This document shows, in pieces, positions 39,982 to 49,024 of a DNA stretch of 64,000 bases. Positions within the stretch are counted from its first letter, which is position 1. Every line of letters starts with the position of its first letter. The stretch comes from a bacterium (lineage in GTDB: Bacteria > SAR324 > XYD2-FULL-50-16). Under the pieces are notes generated by a model. The model did not search any database, was not told the DNA's origin, and worked only from the letters and a program-made list of their open reading frames with translations. The DNA is taken from assembly GCA_032250835.1 (NCBI GenBank), contig JAVVEA010000009.1:72398-136397 (forward strand). Reading direction: 5' to 3'. Position numbers and translations under genes: made by a program.

Positions 39982-40022
39982 AAAAAGCCCGCCTGAAACC
40001 CCATAGATTCCAAGCGGGCTTT
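39980..40022 (-). terminator. Intrinsic terminator of the tail operon
   Basis: AAAGCCCGC...GCGGGCTTT stem; on the minus strand it is followed by a 7-T run just downstream of ORF 40036..40281. Confidence 0.7.
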
Positions 40023-40035
40023 GCGCTCTGAAGGG

Positions 40036-40281
40036 CTAACCGCCCTTCATCTGCGCCAACTGTTCTTGTTTTAAGCGCTCCTCTTGGGCTAACTGGACCG
40101 CTAATTCCCGCTCCTTAGAAAAGCGGACCTCCCCATTGACCACAAACTCGACCCGCTCGCCGGATTCCAAGACCAGCCAACGCAGCCCGCAGGCCTCAAC
40201 CAGCCCGTCTGCGACCACCTGGCGGTATTTTTTGCGCAAGCCCCAGCGGGGGGCATACACCACTTGATAGGTTGTTTTCAT
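40036..40281 (-). CDS. Small hypothetical protein, last gene of the tail operon
   Basis: 81 aa, starts 3 nt after the chaperone stop and precedes the terminator. Confidence 0.6.
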   Translation of the reverse strand: MKTTYQVVYAPRWGLRKKYRQVVADGLVEACGLRWLVLESGERVEFVVNGEVRFSKERELAVQLAQEERLKQEQLAQMKGG

Positions 40282-40284
40282 CGC

Positions 40285-40590
40285 TTATACCGGTTCGGGG
40301 GGCCAGGGAATATCGGCCTCTGTATTCATTGCCGCAAAATTCAAACTTGCGGGTAAATCGCGTAACTGCTGGCGGTAAACTGCCCACTCGGATTGCATAT
40401 CCGGGGTAATGGGTGCATCCGGCAATTGGGTCCAGTCGCAATCTAGCAATTTCTCACCACGCACTACGGTAAACCGCCAACGAAGGAAATCGGCCCACAG
40501 GGCAGGGTCACCAGCCTTGGTAATTTCTCGCCATTCATCAGGCAAATAACCTTTCGTTGTATCGCCCGGAAAATGTAAAAATGAATTCAT
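40285..40590 (-). CDS. Tail fibre assembly chaperone
   Basis: R..LL.CDWTQLPDAP...WAVYRQQLRDLP...IPWPPEP is the classic tail-fibre-assembly signature. Confidence 0.88.
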   Translation of the reverse strand: MNSFLHFPGDTTKGYLPDEWREITKAGDPALWADFLRWRFTVVRGEKLLDCDWTQLPDAPITPDMQSEWAVYRQQLRDLPASLNFAAMNTEADIPWPPEPV

Positions 40591-41639
40591 GCGATCCTCT
40601 TAATATAGATGACTGCGTAATAGCTTGGTCGGTTATCAATTGGGTCTCCGGAGCCCGTCAAACCGGACCCCCCGGAATAATTAGGTAAATCAACCGAGGT
40701 ACGGTGCTGATGTTTTTCGGCGGCCCAAAAAGCAGCATTATTCCACTCCTGCAATTTACTATGCAAATCAGTTGGTGTGTTGTAATTGCCACCACCTGAG
40801 ATACCGTAACCGCCAATACCCCAGACGCCTGAATTGTAGGCAATATTATGATTATGTATACCGTCACGACCACCAATGTCCGTTCGGGAGTCAAAATCCG
40901 TTGAGGGGTGCTTGTGGTCAATACTATGAAAATGTGAGGGCAGTTGCCCGGTATTTAAGCTGAAGCTGTTCAAACCACCGGTGGACCCGGCTGTCTCGAC
41001 GTCAGTACGCCCTTTGACGAATTGATCGCGCAGATCAAGCAACAAGGTGCCTGCACCAGGCAAGTTTGCCGGAACAGTCCCGCCCACACAGGCATACCAA
41101 CCCTTCATGGTGACATTGTCTTGCCAGTTCGTCCCATCGTACATCAAGATCGTGCCCACCGGCATCACCTGAGCCGAAGCCCCCTGGGGGTCCCGGGGGG
41201 CGATCCACTTAACGAAAGCGGTCGAGGTCTCTAGACCCTCTTGTTTAAAGCCCACCTGTACCAACGGGAACTGGAATTCAGTGGGCGCAAAGTCGGCAAA
41301 CTGAGGTAATTCCAATACTTTGATCAGGCTGTTGGCCGGGGTGGTTTGGTCGTACTCGGCATAATAGACCTTACGAACCAAGGGGTCCAAATTAGTGATC
41401 GTCGCCGAAGGATAGGTCAACCGGTCGGTAGACCCGTCCTCAAAGACCCACTGGACCTCCACGTTTTCTAAGGCAGCTACATTCAAACTGCCGCCCAGCA
41501 AGCGGCTGCCCCGGTTCTGTGCCTCTGCGACCCAACTGCTGACATGGTGGTTGTCCCAGAAGATATTTTCCCAGGCATTATGGGTTGCCTGAGGTAGGAT
41601 CAGGCCTAAGCCCGTTTGGCTTTCTAAAAATACAGTCAT
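40587..41639 (-). CDS. Tail fibre protein with collar domain and His-rich needle tip
   Basis: MPVGTILMYDG, GWYACVG, DLRDQFVKG, QLPSHFH, HNH, HQH, NRPSYYAVIYIKR. Confidence 0.85.
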   Translation of the reverse strand: MTVFLESQTGLGLILPQATHNAWENIFWDNHHVSSWVAEAQNRGSRLLGGSLNVAALENVEVQWVFEDGSTDRLTYPSATITNLDPLVRKVYYAEYDQTTPANSLIKVLELPQFADFAPTEFQFPLVQVGFKQEGLETSTAFVKWIAPRDPQGASAQVMPVGTILMYDGTNWQDNVTMKGWYACVGGTVPANLPGAGTLLLDLRDQFVKGRTDVETAGSTGGLNSFSLNTGQLPSHFHSIDHKHPSTDFDSRTDIGGRDGIHNHNIAYNSGVWGIGGYGISGGGNYNTPTDLHSKLQEWNNAAFWAAEKHQHRTSVDLPNYSGGSGLTGSGDPIDNRPSYYAVIYIKRIA

Positions 41640-42145
41640 CTTCCAAATCTCCTTGCAAATTGGGTTCGACCAAAGCCCGCGTTGTTATCCCGCTGGACCA
41701 GATGGAAGTGCTTGCTGCAGCGCGCAGGCAGCACAAAGGTTAAATAGCGCTTAATCTCTTCAAAAACCGCATCAGACACCGGCGATACCCAAATCCTCAC
41801 CGCGAAGTGGGGGTACCGGTCTGCATCCGGTTGGTGGCGCAGTTCCAGGTATTCAAAATCGGTGAGCCCAAAGACTTCTTGGATCAAGGGCATGGCATCG
41901 GCGCGCCCGTAGCGTTCCAAATATTGCTCATACTGTTTTAAGAAACTATTGCGGCTCTCTGCGGGCAAATCGGGCTTGAGCGGCAAGAGGTCCCAGTATT
42001 GATCCCGCAGGGTAACGGGCATGCTGTCGAAGTGAACCAGATCCGCTAGCTTGGCCACCAAAGGGGTCATGAAGTCCCAAACCGCTTGGGCCAATGAATT
42101 AAGATCCTGGATCGGACGGTTCGAAAGCCACCATTTCTGGATCAT
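41636..42145 (-). CDS. Baseplate wedge protein (P2 gpI-like)
   Basis: Position between baseplate J and fibre; G...I..VFG and LPARC motifs; ATGA overlaps on both sides. Confidence 0.6.
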   Translation of the reverse strand: MIQKWWLSNRPIQDLNSLAQAVWDFMTPLVAKLADLVHFDSMPVTLRDQYWDLLPLKPDLPAESRNSFLKQYEQYLERYGRADAMPLIQEVFGLTDFEYLELRHQPDADRYPHFAVRIWVSPVSDAVFEEIKRYLTFVLPARCSKHFHLVQRDNNAGFGRTQFARRFGR

Positions 42146-43254
42146 AAGACCACCTGTAGATTGATGGTTGGATAGAAAAAGGTCGCCCCAATGAGCTCTT
42201 CCAAATCGGGGGTGATCTCGATGGGCGTACCCACTAACTCAGGGAACCGCTCATAAAGCCAAAGGGCCAACAAAGAAGAATAAAAATCTGCCCCGCGCTC
42301 GATTTGCTCAAAATAAGCTTCAATTTGTTTGGTGACCTCTACTTGATTGACAGCGGCATGCAGCACCACGGTTAAATTAAAACCATAAGAAGCAGCAGGA
42401 GTCACATCAGCCACATCGGTGCTCATCAAGACCGCATCCAAAGCGGCTTGTGCCAAGGCCACATCGTCCTCGTGAATCGTACCGGCCCCGTAGACCACAT
42501 AGTTGAGTATTCCGTTGGAAGGGGTCACCGACTCAAGCTTGGCATATTTAACGGCGCTCACCGATTCCAAAGCCGCCAAATATTTGGCATCCACCCCATA
42601 TTGCAGATTCTGTGACCATTTTTTGGCAAAAATCCGGTCCCGTAAGGCGTCATCGGTTTCTAGGTCCCTTCCGCCTTGCACACTGCTCAAGTTGGTGATC
42701 GAATCAATGGGTAAGGTAGTCCCCAAAGTCTTCGAGATTTGTCCTGCCGCCACATTGTAGCGGCTACCCATCTCTAAGGCCTCTACTTCGATCAGACACA
42801 GATCAGGGTCACCACCGACAACCTCGCTGGCATCTACGGCAAAACTATATTCTTGAGTCGTTTTATATTGCCGGGGATTGGGCTCCAGCACGTAAAAGAT
42901 AGTACCCACAGGGATGTTTAAAGGCTGCCCGTTGGTCTTCATCACCTGGAGTTCAAAGACCGCCTTGGCCCCTGGGTCTCGGCTTAAGTCATAGTCTTCG
43001 GCGAAGCGCTCCAACCAGGTTCCGGTAGCGCTGGAGATGAAAAGCTGCGGCAACATCGCTTTGACCGACTCCCGAAAGAGGCGGTAGGGCTCGCGGAAAA
43101 GGGCGTAAAAGATATTAAACAAAACCGAGTTCTTGGTGCGCGCTGCTTCGGCGTAGATGGTTCCAGATAGATTTTGGTCTATGGCCCCGTCGATGGCATT
43201 TTCGTCTCCCAGGCCGATTTCGGTCATTAGCTGGTCAATGGTTGCGGAATCCAT
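42142..43254 (-). CDS. Baseplate J/gp47 family protein
   Basis: FISSATGTWLERFAEDYDLSR, IPVGT, VEALEMGSRYNVAAG, GGRDLETDDALRDRI. Confidence 0.92.
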   Translation of the reverse strand: MDSATIDQLMTEIGLGDENAIDGAIDQNLSGTIYAEAARTKNSVLFNIFYALFREPYRLFRESVKAMLPQLFISSATGTWLERFAEDYDLSRDPGAKAVFELQVMKTNGQPLNIPVGTIFYVLEPNPRQYKTTQEYSFAVDASEVVGGDPDLCLIEVEALEMGSRYNVAAGQISKTLGTTLPIDSITNLSSVQGGRDLETDDALRDRIFAKKWSQNLQYGVDAKYLAALESVSAVKYAKLESVTPSNGILNYVVYGAGTIHEDDVALAQAALDAVLMSTDVADVTPAASYGFNLTVVLHAAVNQVEVTKQIEAYFEQIERGADFYSSLLALWLYERFPELVGTPIEITPDLEELIGATFFYPTINLQVVL

Positions 43255-43359
43255 TCTGTCCTTTGATGAAAGTTGAAAAAGTGATTGCCCAAAGCTCTAC
43301 GGCTTTACTTAAAACCCTCTACTAAAGCTGACCTTTGAACAATGTTGAGTTAAGCCTGT

Positions 43360-43968
43360 TTAGCTTTTTGTCAGTTCACCTAATTTGATCTGGGACTTCA
43401 TATCCTCAAGTAGCTGATTGAACTGCGTGGCATTGGCCGTCAACGTCGCATACCCTGGTACAGGTGTGTTGGTACCGCTTCCGCCATTCTGTCCGATAGC
43501 ATCAAGGCAGTTCCAAAGCAGTGTTAATAAATCGGTTAAAGGCTTTGCCAATACTGCTTGATCCATAGTGGACGCGCTGGCCCCCAAAATAATCTGGTCC
43601 GCACCGCTCAACTCCAAAACCCCTTCTTGGGGATTCACTTCTTTTTGGTCGTGTAAGATGGCCAGGACCACCGCCGAGTTGGCGAGCCCCTCAACAAAGG
43701 CCAACAACACCCGGTCCCCGGCTCTGGGCGGGTCGCTCACATGGCGGCTGGCGCGCACCAGCGGGACTTTCTCGATAATCGCAAACCCGGCCTTGGGCTG
43801 CATCTGGTGGTCCAGCAGGGTCAGGTCAACGCAAGCCAAGGGCTGGAGCCGCTCATGCTGGCCGGCCCTAGAGTGGACCTGCTCGACTTGGGCAAAGCTC
43901 AGTTGGCTATAGCCGCCCAATTCGGGCCGGGCGCGGGCCATGGTTTGGGCTAGATCTTTAGGATTCAT
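43360..43968 (-). CDS. Baseplate spike/gpV-like protein (OB fold)
   Basis: RPELGG...FAQVEQV, VDLTLLD, KVPL, PPRAGDRVLLAFVEG resemble the OB-fold spike N-terminus. Confidence 0.7.
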   Translation of the reverse strand: MNPKDLAQTMARARPELGGYSQLSFAQVEQVHSRAGQHERLQPLACVDLTLLDHQMQPKAGFAIIEKVPLVRASRHVSDPPRAGDRVLLAFVEGLANSAVVLAILHDQKEVNPQEGVLELSGADQIILGASASTMDQAVLAKPLTDLLTLLWNCLDAIGQNGGSGTNTPVPGYATLTANATQFNQLLEDMKSQIKLGELTKS

Positions 43969-44332
43969 AAAAAATATTCTCAAAGTAGAGGGAGGTGGTC
44001 ACCGCCTGATCGTTGGTCAGCTCCAGACTGATCGAGAGCTGGTCTCCTTCTAGTTGGTAGCGCAGACTGCCGGGCAGGATTTCGCTGTTTTCGGCCTCCA
44101 GACTTTCCATCAAACGCAACGCCAACTCAGCCGCTTCGGTCGGCTCCGCTTGATACAAGGCACGGGTCAAGGGATTGTCGCGCAGCGAGATGAATAAAGA
44201 CTGGATCAATGCTTGATCGCCGTGCACCAATTGGGGCTCCCAAAAGCCTTCGGGCAATTCGCCTTGCGGCAAGGTCAAGTCCCAGTCGATGCCCAACTGG
44301 TCGGCATTCCATTTCAGGTCCACTAAGGTCAT
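43958..44332 (-). CDS. gpW/gp25-like baseplate protein (DUF2590-like)
   Basis: VDL...D..EPQLV...LIQ...ILPGS pattern recalled from HP1-type phages; size and context fit. Confidence 0.55.
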   Translation of the reverse strand: MTLVDLKWNADQLGIDWDLTLPQGELPEGFWEPQLVHGDQALIQSLFISLRDNPLTRALYQAEPTEAAELALRLMESLEAENSEILPGSLRYQLEGDQLSISLELTNDQAVTTSLYFENIFYES

Positions 44333-44344
44333 GGGTTCGTTTCG

Positions 44345-45067
44345 TTAAAAGGTTAAGGCTCGGTTGCCTGCCGGTACTGTTTGGCTGTCGAACCGCAGGG
44401 TCATGGCGTCGTTATAAGAATCAAAAATGAGCCGGTCGACCACCTCTTCCTTACCCAGCCATTGGACCCGCGTGTATGGCCGCAGGCCTGCCACGGGGTT
44501 CAGTTGAAGCCCTTCGGAGGTTTCAGAGCGATACAAGCTGGTGTCTAAAGTAACGGCCTGCTTCGAAAAGGCCCCGTCGCCCAGTAGGTTTAAAGTCATC
44601 AACTCCCAGTCCAGTTGCCAGCGTGCCGGACCTAGCCCAAAAATCAGATGGGTCTGATCCAAGCTGTTACGGCAGTTGCCCATAAAGAGCAGGTTCTCCG
44701 GGCGCTCCTTAGGCAGGGTCCCCTGAACGGAAAACCCCATCTGCCAGCTCTTCGCCAGCGCTCGGTAGACCTCAAGGTAAGATACCCCCAGCAGCTGGCG
44801 GGGGAAGGGACGGTCCAAGAGGTAGCGCAGGGGCTCGATATAAAAGCTTTCGAAGCGATCCGCCGCCAGTTGGCATTCTTCCACCAGCAACATCGGGCAA
44901 TAGGTAGCTAAGCCAAAGCGGTCCCCAATGGCGAGCGTATAGGCCGATTCGTCTTTAGCCGGCTCGACGGTCTCCACTTTTAAGCGAGCAGGCCTGCAAC
45001 GCTCTAAGGTCAGCTCAAAACGCTCAGGGTAAAAATGCCCTTTAGTTCCTTTCAGCGAAAGAATCAT
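44345..45067 (-). CDS. Baseplate hub (gpD-like) protein
   Basis: ELTLE...RP, LLDRPFPRQL, AGLRP pattern resembling the hub half of the HP1-type terminal tail gene; context. Confidence 0.55.
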   Translation of the reverse strand: MILSLKGTKGHFYPERFELTLERCRPARLKVETVEPAKDESAYTLAIGDRFGLATYCPMLLVEECQLAADRFESFYIEPLRYLLDRPFPRQLLGVSYLEVYRALAKSWQMGFSVQGTLPKERPENLLFMGNCRNSLDQTHLIFGLGPARWQLDWELMTLNLLGDGAFSKQAVTLDTSLYRSETSEGLQLNPVAGLRPYTRVQWLGKEEVVDRLIFDSYNDAMTLRFDSQTVPAGNRALTF

Positions 45068-45672
45068 GCCCCCTCACCCAAGGCTTGCTGCGCCGCTAAG
45101 GCAAATTGATTGACCAGAGCCTGAGAAGCCGGATCAGCCCGGGCCTGGGCGGTTGCTTTGGAGTAACTACCTGGATTGACCCGGTTGAGCAGCGCCACTT
45201 TTTGAGAAATCAGCTTTTCGGTGGCCGTCGATTCGGCTTCCAGTTCTAAGTTCACCACCACCCGGTCTACCCGGAAATTCAATTGCCGCTCAGTGACCAG
45301 TACATTTAACAAGCCCAAGCTTTGGATGTAGGGATGTAGGGCTTCATATACCTCACCGGCGTAAAAAAAAGATTGAAACCGGCTGAGCTGGTCCCCGATC
45401 GTTGTCTGGTCCTGCAAAACTTGAGGGTCCAATTGGTCATCAAAGAGCCAGGCTTCGATACTTAACGCTGACCGGTCTAAAATCTGGGCTCCGCGTTTAC
45501 GGCAGCGTTCCTCGAGGGACAAAATACGGCCAAATCGAAACTCCAAAGGACTCCCGAGGGGGCCCGTACCATTGGACTGCGACGAGCCGCTAGAAGGTTT
45601 GGCGCTAGCATGGTCCTTAAGCTTTTGCCGGAGGATTAAGGGCGCGTCGTGGATCTGTTGTGCGTTGTACAT
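45064..45672 (-). CDS. Putative tube initiator/baseplate protein (gpU-like)
   Basis: Lies between the tape-measure slot and the hub. YEALHPY...LGL..V...V.LEL pattern. Confidence 0.45.
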   Translation of the reverse strand: MYNAQQIHDAPLILRQKLKDHASAKPSSGSSQSNGTGPLGSPLEFRFGRILSLEERCRKRGAQILDRSALSIEAWLFDDQLDPQVLQDQTTIGDQLSRFQSFFYAGEVYEALHPYIQSLGLLNVLVTERQLNFRVDRVVVNLELEAESTATEKLISQKVALLNRVNPGSYSKATAQARADPASQALVNQFALAAQQALGEGA

Positions 45673-45709
45673 CAGTTTAGCTGTCTAAAGTTGGGCCCTA
45701 AAAAGAGGC

Positions 45710-46804
45710 CTATTTGTAACTGGCCAATAGTTCCCGGCTCAATCCGCCTTGAACCTGAATTTGATATCTTTGCTGGTGGTAAATCCGGTTCACAGTGGAG
45801 ACCGATTCATGGCCCGAAGGTTTAGTGGAATGCGATGATTCATCTTGAAACCGGAGGAAAGCCCTTCGAGCGGCCCCTTCGTGGGGACGGTTGCGGGCTA
45901 GATGGCCCTGGGCAGGTTCCATCGCCAGTTTCTTGAGGGCCTTTAAGGAATCCATCACCCTTTCGGTCTGTTTCCAGGACCACATCGGGGCGGGCCGGCT
46001 TATATCAACCGCAGGATACTGGGGCAGGACCCGACTCAACGGGCCCTTCGAGGGCGCTGCTTGCACCTCTGCCCCGTTCGCGGCCAAGGGCTTAAACCCG
46101 CCTGGAAGTAGGTTTCGAGCCAGGACGACCTCGCGCCCTTTAGGCCCCTCAAAGGCAAAAGCAACTAAGTTGTTTGAAAGACCCGCTACGGCTCTCGGCA
46201 GCTCAATTGTTTTAGCGAACCCTGCCGTTGGAGCCGTCCAAGGAGCCGCAAGCCTGGGGATAGCGGGCAAAAAGAACTCCGTCGCGGCTTGTTTTAGACC
46301 AAACTGCGCCGGGGACTTTAAGGGGCCCCCAAATCGCGCTAGAGGTTCACTCCATTGCGCCCCTTCGTTCCAGCGGACACGAGCAGGTAGGCCCTTGAGT
46401 GAAGGGGCAGCCGGTGGGGACAAAGGACCCCCTCGTCTAACCTGGGATGTCAGAACACTCAAGACCGGTGCTGGCTGCTGTCGCTCGAACACCAACGCTC
46501 CCGGCCATAAATTAGGCAAAGAACCCTCGCGTCGCGGGCTCTGCGGCGAATCAGCGGACGCCAAGTTCTTGAGGGTATGCCCAGGGTCAAGGGGGCCCCA
46601 CCAAAGCAGCGGATTCGCGCTGCTAGCTAACTGACCCAGCCCCTTTAAGGACTCAAAAAGACTCAGGAACCCGAAAAATTTATGCCAACCAAGTAAAGGG
46701 AAAAGCTCTACTTTAAGCGGGAAACTTAGTTGTCTGATTTTGTCCGCATCATTGTGCGGACGTGAACCTTGCGGTAGATGGATGATTTGGAACATAGGGG
46801 GCAC
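45710..46804 (-). CDS. Pro/Ala-rich protein in the tape-measure position
   Basis: 364 aa open frame directly after the chaperone genes. Only the C-terminus (YQIQVQGGLSRELL) resembles tape-measure ends. GTG 46804 or ATG 46795 start. Confidence 0.45.
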   Translation of the reverse strand: MPPMFQIIHLPQGSRPHNDADKIRQLSFPLKVELFPLLGWHKFFGFLSLFESLKGLGQLASSANPLLWWGPLDPGHTLKNLASADSPQSPRREGSLPNLWPGALVFERQQPAPVLSVLTSQVRRGGPLSPPAAPSLKGLPARVRWNEGAQWSEPLARFGGPLKSPAQFGLKQAATEFFLPAIPRLAAPWTAPTAGFAKTIELPRAVAGLSNNLVAFAFEGPKGREVVLARNLLPGGFKPLAANGAEVQAAPSKGPLSRVLPQYPAVDISRPAPMWSWKQTERVMDSLKALKKLAMEPAQGHLARNRPHEGAARRAFLRFQDESSHSTKPSGHESVSTVNRIYHQQRYQIQVQGGLSRELLASYK

Positions 46805-46812
46805 TCTTTAAA

Positions 46813-47025
46813 CTAGGTGAGCAGCAATTCAGCCAGACTTTGGCTCCATTTGGCGTAGCTGCGGCGTTCCAATTCCAAGGCTTGGGCCAAGGCCAAGTCA
46901 TAGGCTTCATCGTCCAGTTGGCAAGGGTCGGCCGCGAGCCCGTAAGACTTAATCAAGCCGTCATGGACCTCTATATAGGTCAGCGGACGGTGGGGGTCCC
47001 GATAACGACTTGATTGCTGGCCAAA
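46813..47025 (-). CDS. -1 frame extension of the tail assembly chaperone (gpT/E'-like segment)
   Basis: Open frame FGQQSSRYRDPHRPLTYIEVHDGLIKSYG...DDEAYDLALAQALELERRSYAKWSQSLAELLLT*. No ATG; reachable through the slippery site at 47022-47031. Not in the ORF track. Confidence 0.65.
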   Translation of the reverse strand, partial: FGQQSSRYRDPHRPLTYIEVHDGLIKSYGLAADPCQLDDEAYDLALAQALELERRSYAKWSQSLAELLLT

Positions 47026-47306
47026 AAAGGGGTCAAGGCCCCCATGATCGCCACCTCTAAGGTGAAGTTCGCCGGATCATTGAGCAGTTGAACTAAGGTT
47101 TCCTTTTGGTCTGCGCGCACCCCGGCCAAAAGCCAACGGCGGCTGATCGAAAACCGGTCGGACTCTTCGCTTAAGTCCATAACCAATTGGGCCACCTGAT
47201 TGCGGCTGTAGCAAAACTCAAAATCGATGGTCCCCTGGGCCGTTTCGATGGGAACCTGCGCGGTCCTATTTTGGGCTAGGACGTTTGTGGTTTGGTCTTG
47301 ATGCAT
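46980..47306 (-). CDS. Tail assembly chaperone (HP1-type, DUF2765-like)
   Basis: 108 aa after the tube gene, AAGGAC RBS, IDFEF...WLLAGVRADQKETLVQLL. Confidence 0.65.
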   Translation of the reverse strand: MHQDQTTNVLAQNRTAQVPIETAQGTIDFEFCYSRNQVAQLVMDLSEESDRFSISRRWLLAGVRADQKETLVQLLNDPANFTLEVAIMGALTPFLASNQVVIGTPTVR

Positions 47307-47401
47307 GTCCTTTTGTGGTCTTGAAGTTGACCCCGTCCGGCGGGGCCAGACGGGGCCGCCGAGGCCCATAGAGGGGACGCTCGGCTATAGGGTTACAGGA
47401 G

Positions 47402-47839
47402 TTAAATGCCGCCGCGCGCCGGTGCACGCACCACCGAAACGCCGTTGATTTCCACGTCACCCGGCAGAATGGGCAGGTCGATTTCCAAGGCACCACCCTC
47501 GAGCTTTTTCATCTCCGGCAGACTGACCATCAAGCGCACTTGCTTGAGGACCACCCGGAAGGGCTCTTCACCCACCGGGCTGATGTCTAAGTTGATGAAC
47601 TCAATGGGGGCCATATCTTGCCAGCTGCCAGCCTGCTTGGCTAGGTTCGAAAAATGCTTGAGCGTCTCGGCTTTAATGCGGATGCTGCCTTTGACATCCA
47701 CCCACTGTTTGCTCAAAACCCCCTTTTCCATTTTCAGGTATTCGGGGATGTCTAATTTAATCGCGCTTAAAGTCACCAATTCGCCGTCGGGACTGATCAC
47801 GCGAAGGTCATAAGCATCGTATGCAGTTGCTCCTGCCAT
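47402..47839 (-). CDS. Tail tube protein (DUF2597-like)
   Basis: 145 aa directly after the sheath, GGAG RBS, WVDVKGSI, AKQAGSW, DVEINGV resemble HP1-type tube proteins. Confidence 0.7.
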   Translation of the reverse strand: MAGATAYDAYDLRVISPDGELVTLSAIKLDIPEYLKMEKGVLSKQWVDVKGSIRIKAETLKHFSNLAKQAGSWQDMAPIEFINLDISPVGEEPFRVVLKQVRLMVSLPEMKKLEGGALEIDLPILPGDVEINGVSVVRAPARGGI

Positions 47840-47849
47840 ATTGTTCTCC

Positions 47850-48920
47850 TTAGTTGGTCAATGAAATGGTGGTATCGACAATCTTGATGCGGTTCACATC
47901 AGACAAAGTCAGGGCAATCGCGACACCGCCGGTCACCCAAGAGGCAGCCAGGCTGTAGTCGTAAATTTCCGGGGTCCGGCCGGGGCTGGGCTTTTTCATC
48001 AGCTCCAAACCCTTCGAGGCGATCACCGAAGCGGCCATAGCGCCCGACTCGTCTTTGTTGAACTTGTCGTCGTTGATCAAAGGGAAGGCGTAAAAAAGTA
48101 CCTCCCGTTTGGCTTTGTTCAAGACGCGGCGCTGGGCCATGGTGGTCACTTGGTCTACTGCCGAAAACATGACTAAGTCATCGTTGACATAAACGGAGCT
48201 AGGATCTTCAACGAAACGCTTGAAGAAAACGGCGCGGGCCAAATCCAAGGAAGCGAATTGGGTATTGCCATAGGCGGGGTCCACGTCCACGTTTTTCAAG
48301 CCGCCGTCGAGTACCTTACCCGCCGAGGCCTGAACCCGGATCCGGGCCAAGCGACCGCCGTAGGCACCTAACCACTTAGACTGAGTGGTCGGGGCAACGA
48401 TCGAAATCCGACTGGAAGCAAAGCCGTCAAATTCCCAAGCGAACGCGGAGGCATAGTCATCGGGCAGTTCTTGGGTCGGCAGGCCCAAATCCGTGACTTG
48501 TCGGAAACGAATCACCGCCTCAAAGTAGCGTTTTTGGTTTTCCTGGGTCGCCAACTCGGCTTCCAAGGCCACGGCAAAATCGACGTTGGCGTCTTTGACG
48601 AACAACAGGGTAGCTACCTCATAGGTAGCCGCCAAATCGTCGATGTAGGTACCCAGGTTGGCCGAAACCAAGCTACCGACCGGGACCAAATAGACCACGG
48701 CGAAAAAGCCGGAATCTGCGTTGGCCTGGGCGGTTTCCAATTCGCCGATCAATTCATCATTGCCAGCAAAGATAGTGGCCACATCGCTGGTGACGTCAAT
48801 GGTGGTCATACCGGTCAAGCTGGCATGTTCGGCAAAATAGGCCTGCTTGAACTCCTGCCCCTGGGGTGCGGTAGGGCCGCCAGAGATGGTTTCATTTAGT
48901 TTAATTCCCGTTACGGTCAT
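47850..48920 (-). CDS. Tail sheath protein (DUF2586-like, short HP1-type)
   Basis: 356 aa, AAGGAG RBS, LGAYGGRLA, LDLAR, VYVNDD, RRVLNKAKR, IDTTISL-type C-terminus. Confidence 0.75.
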   Translation of the reverse strand: MTVTGIKLNETISGGPTAPQGQEFKQAYFAEHASLTGMTTIDVTSDVATIFAGNDELIGELETAQANADSGFFAVVYLVPVGSLVSANLGTYIDDLAATYEVATLLFVKDANVDFAVALEAELATQENQKRYFEAVIRFRQVTDLGLPTQELPDDYASAFAWEFDGFASSRISIVAPTTQSKWLGAYGGRLARIRVQASAGKVLDGGLKNVDVDPAYGNTQFASLDLARAVFFKRFVEDPSSVYVNDDLVMFSAVDQVTTMAQRRVLNKAKREVLFYAFPLINDDKFNKDESGAMAASVIASKGLELMKKPSPGRTPEIYDYSLAASWVTGGVAIALTLSDVNRIKIVDTTISLTN

Positions 48921-49024
48921 AAGTTGGTTCTCCTTGAGAAGGAACAATTAAGGCTCCCTGGGTTCAGGAAGCTTGGAAGCGGCACCATGCCCCCAAGTTG
49001 GAGGCCCCCAAAAGGGGCCGATAG

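Noticed and set aside
40587-41639. Diversity-generating retroelement or invertible fibre cassette
   Set aside because: No reverse transcriptase or invertase, and no second copy of the fibre 3' end seen in the window.
45891-46634. 247-aa plus-strand ORF inside the tail cluster
   Set aside because: Antisense to the operon with no recognisable motifs; probably a shadow ORF.
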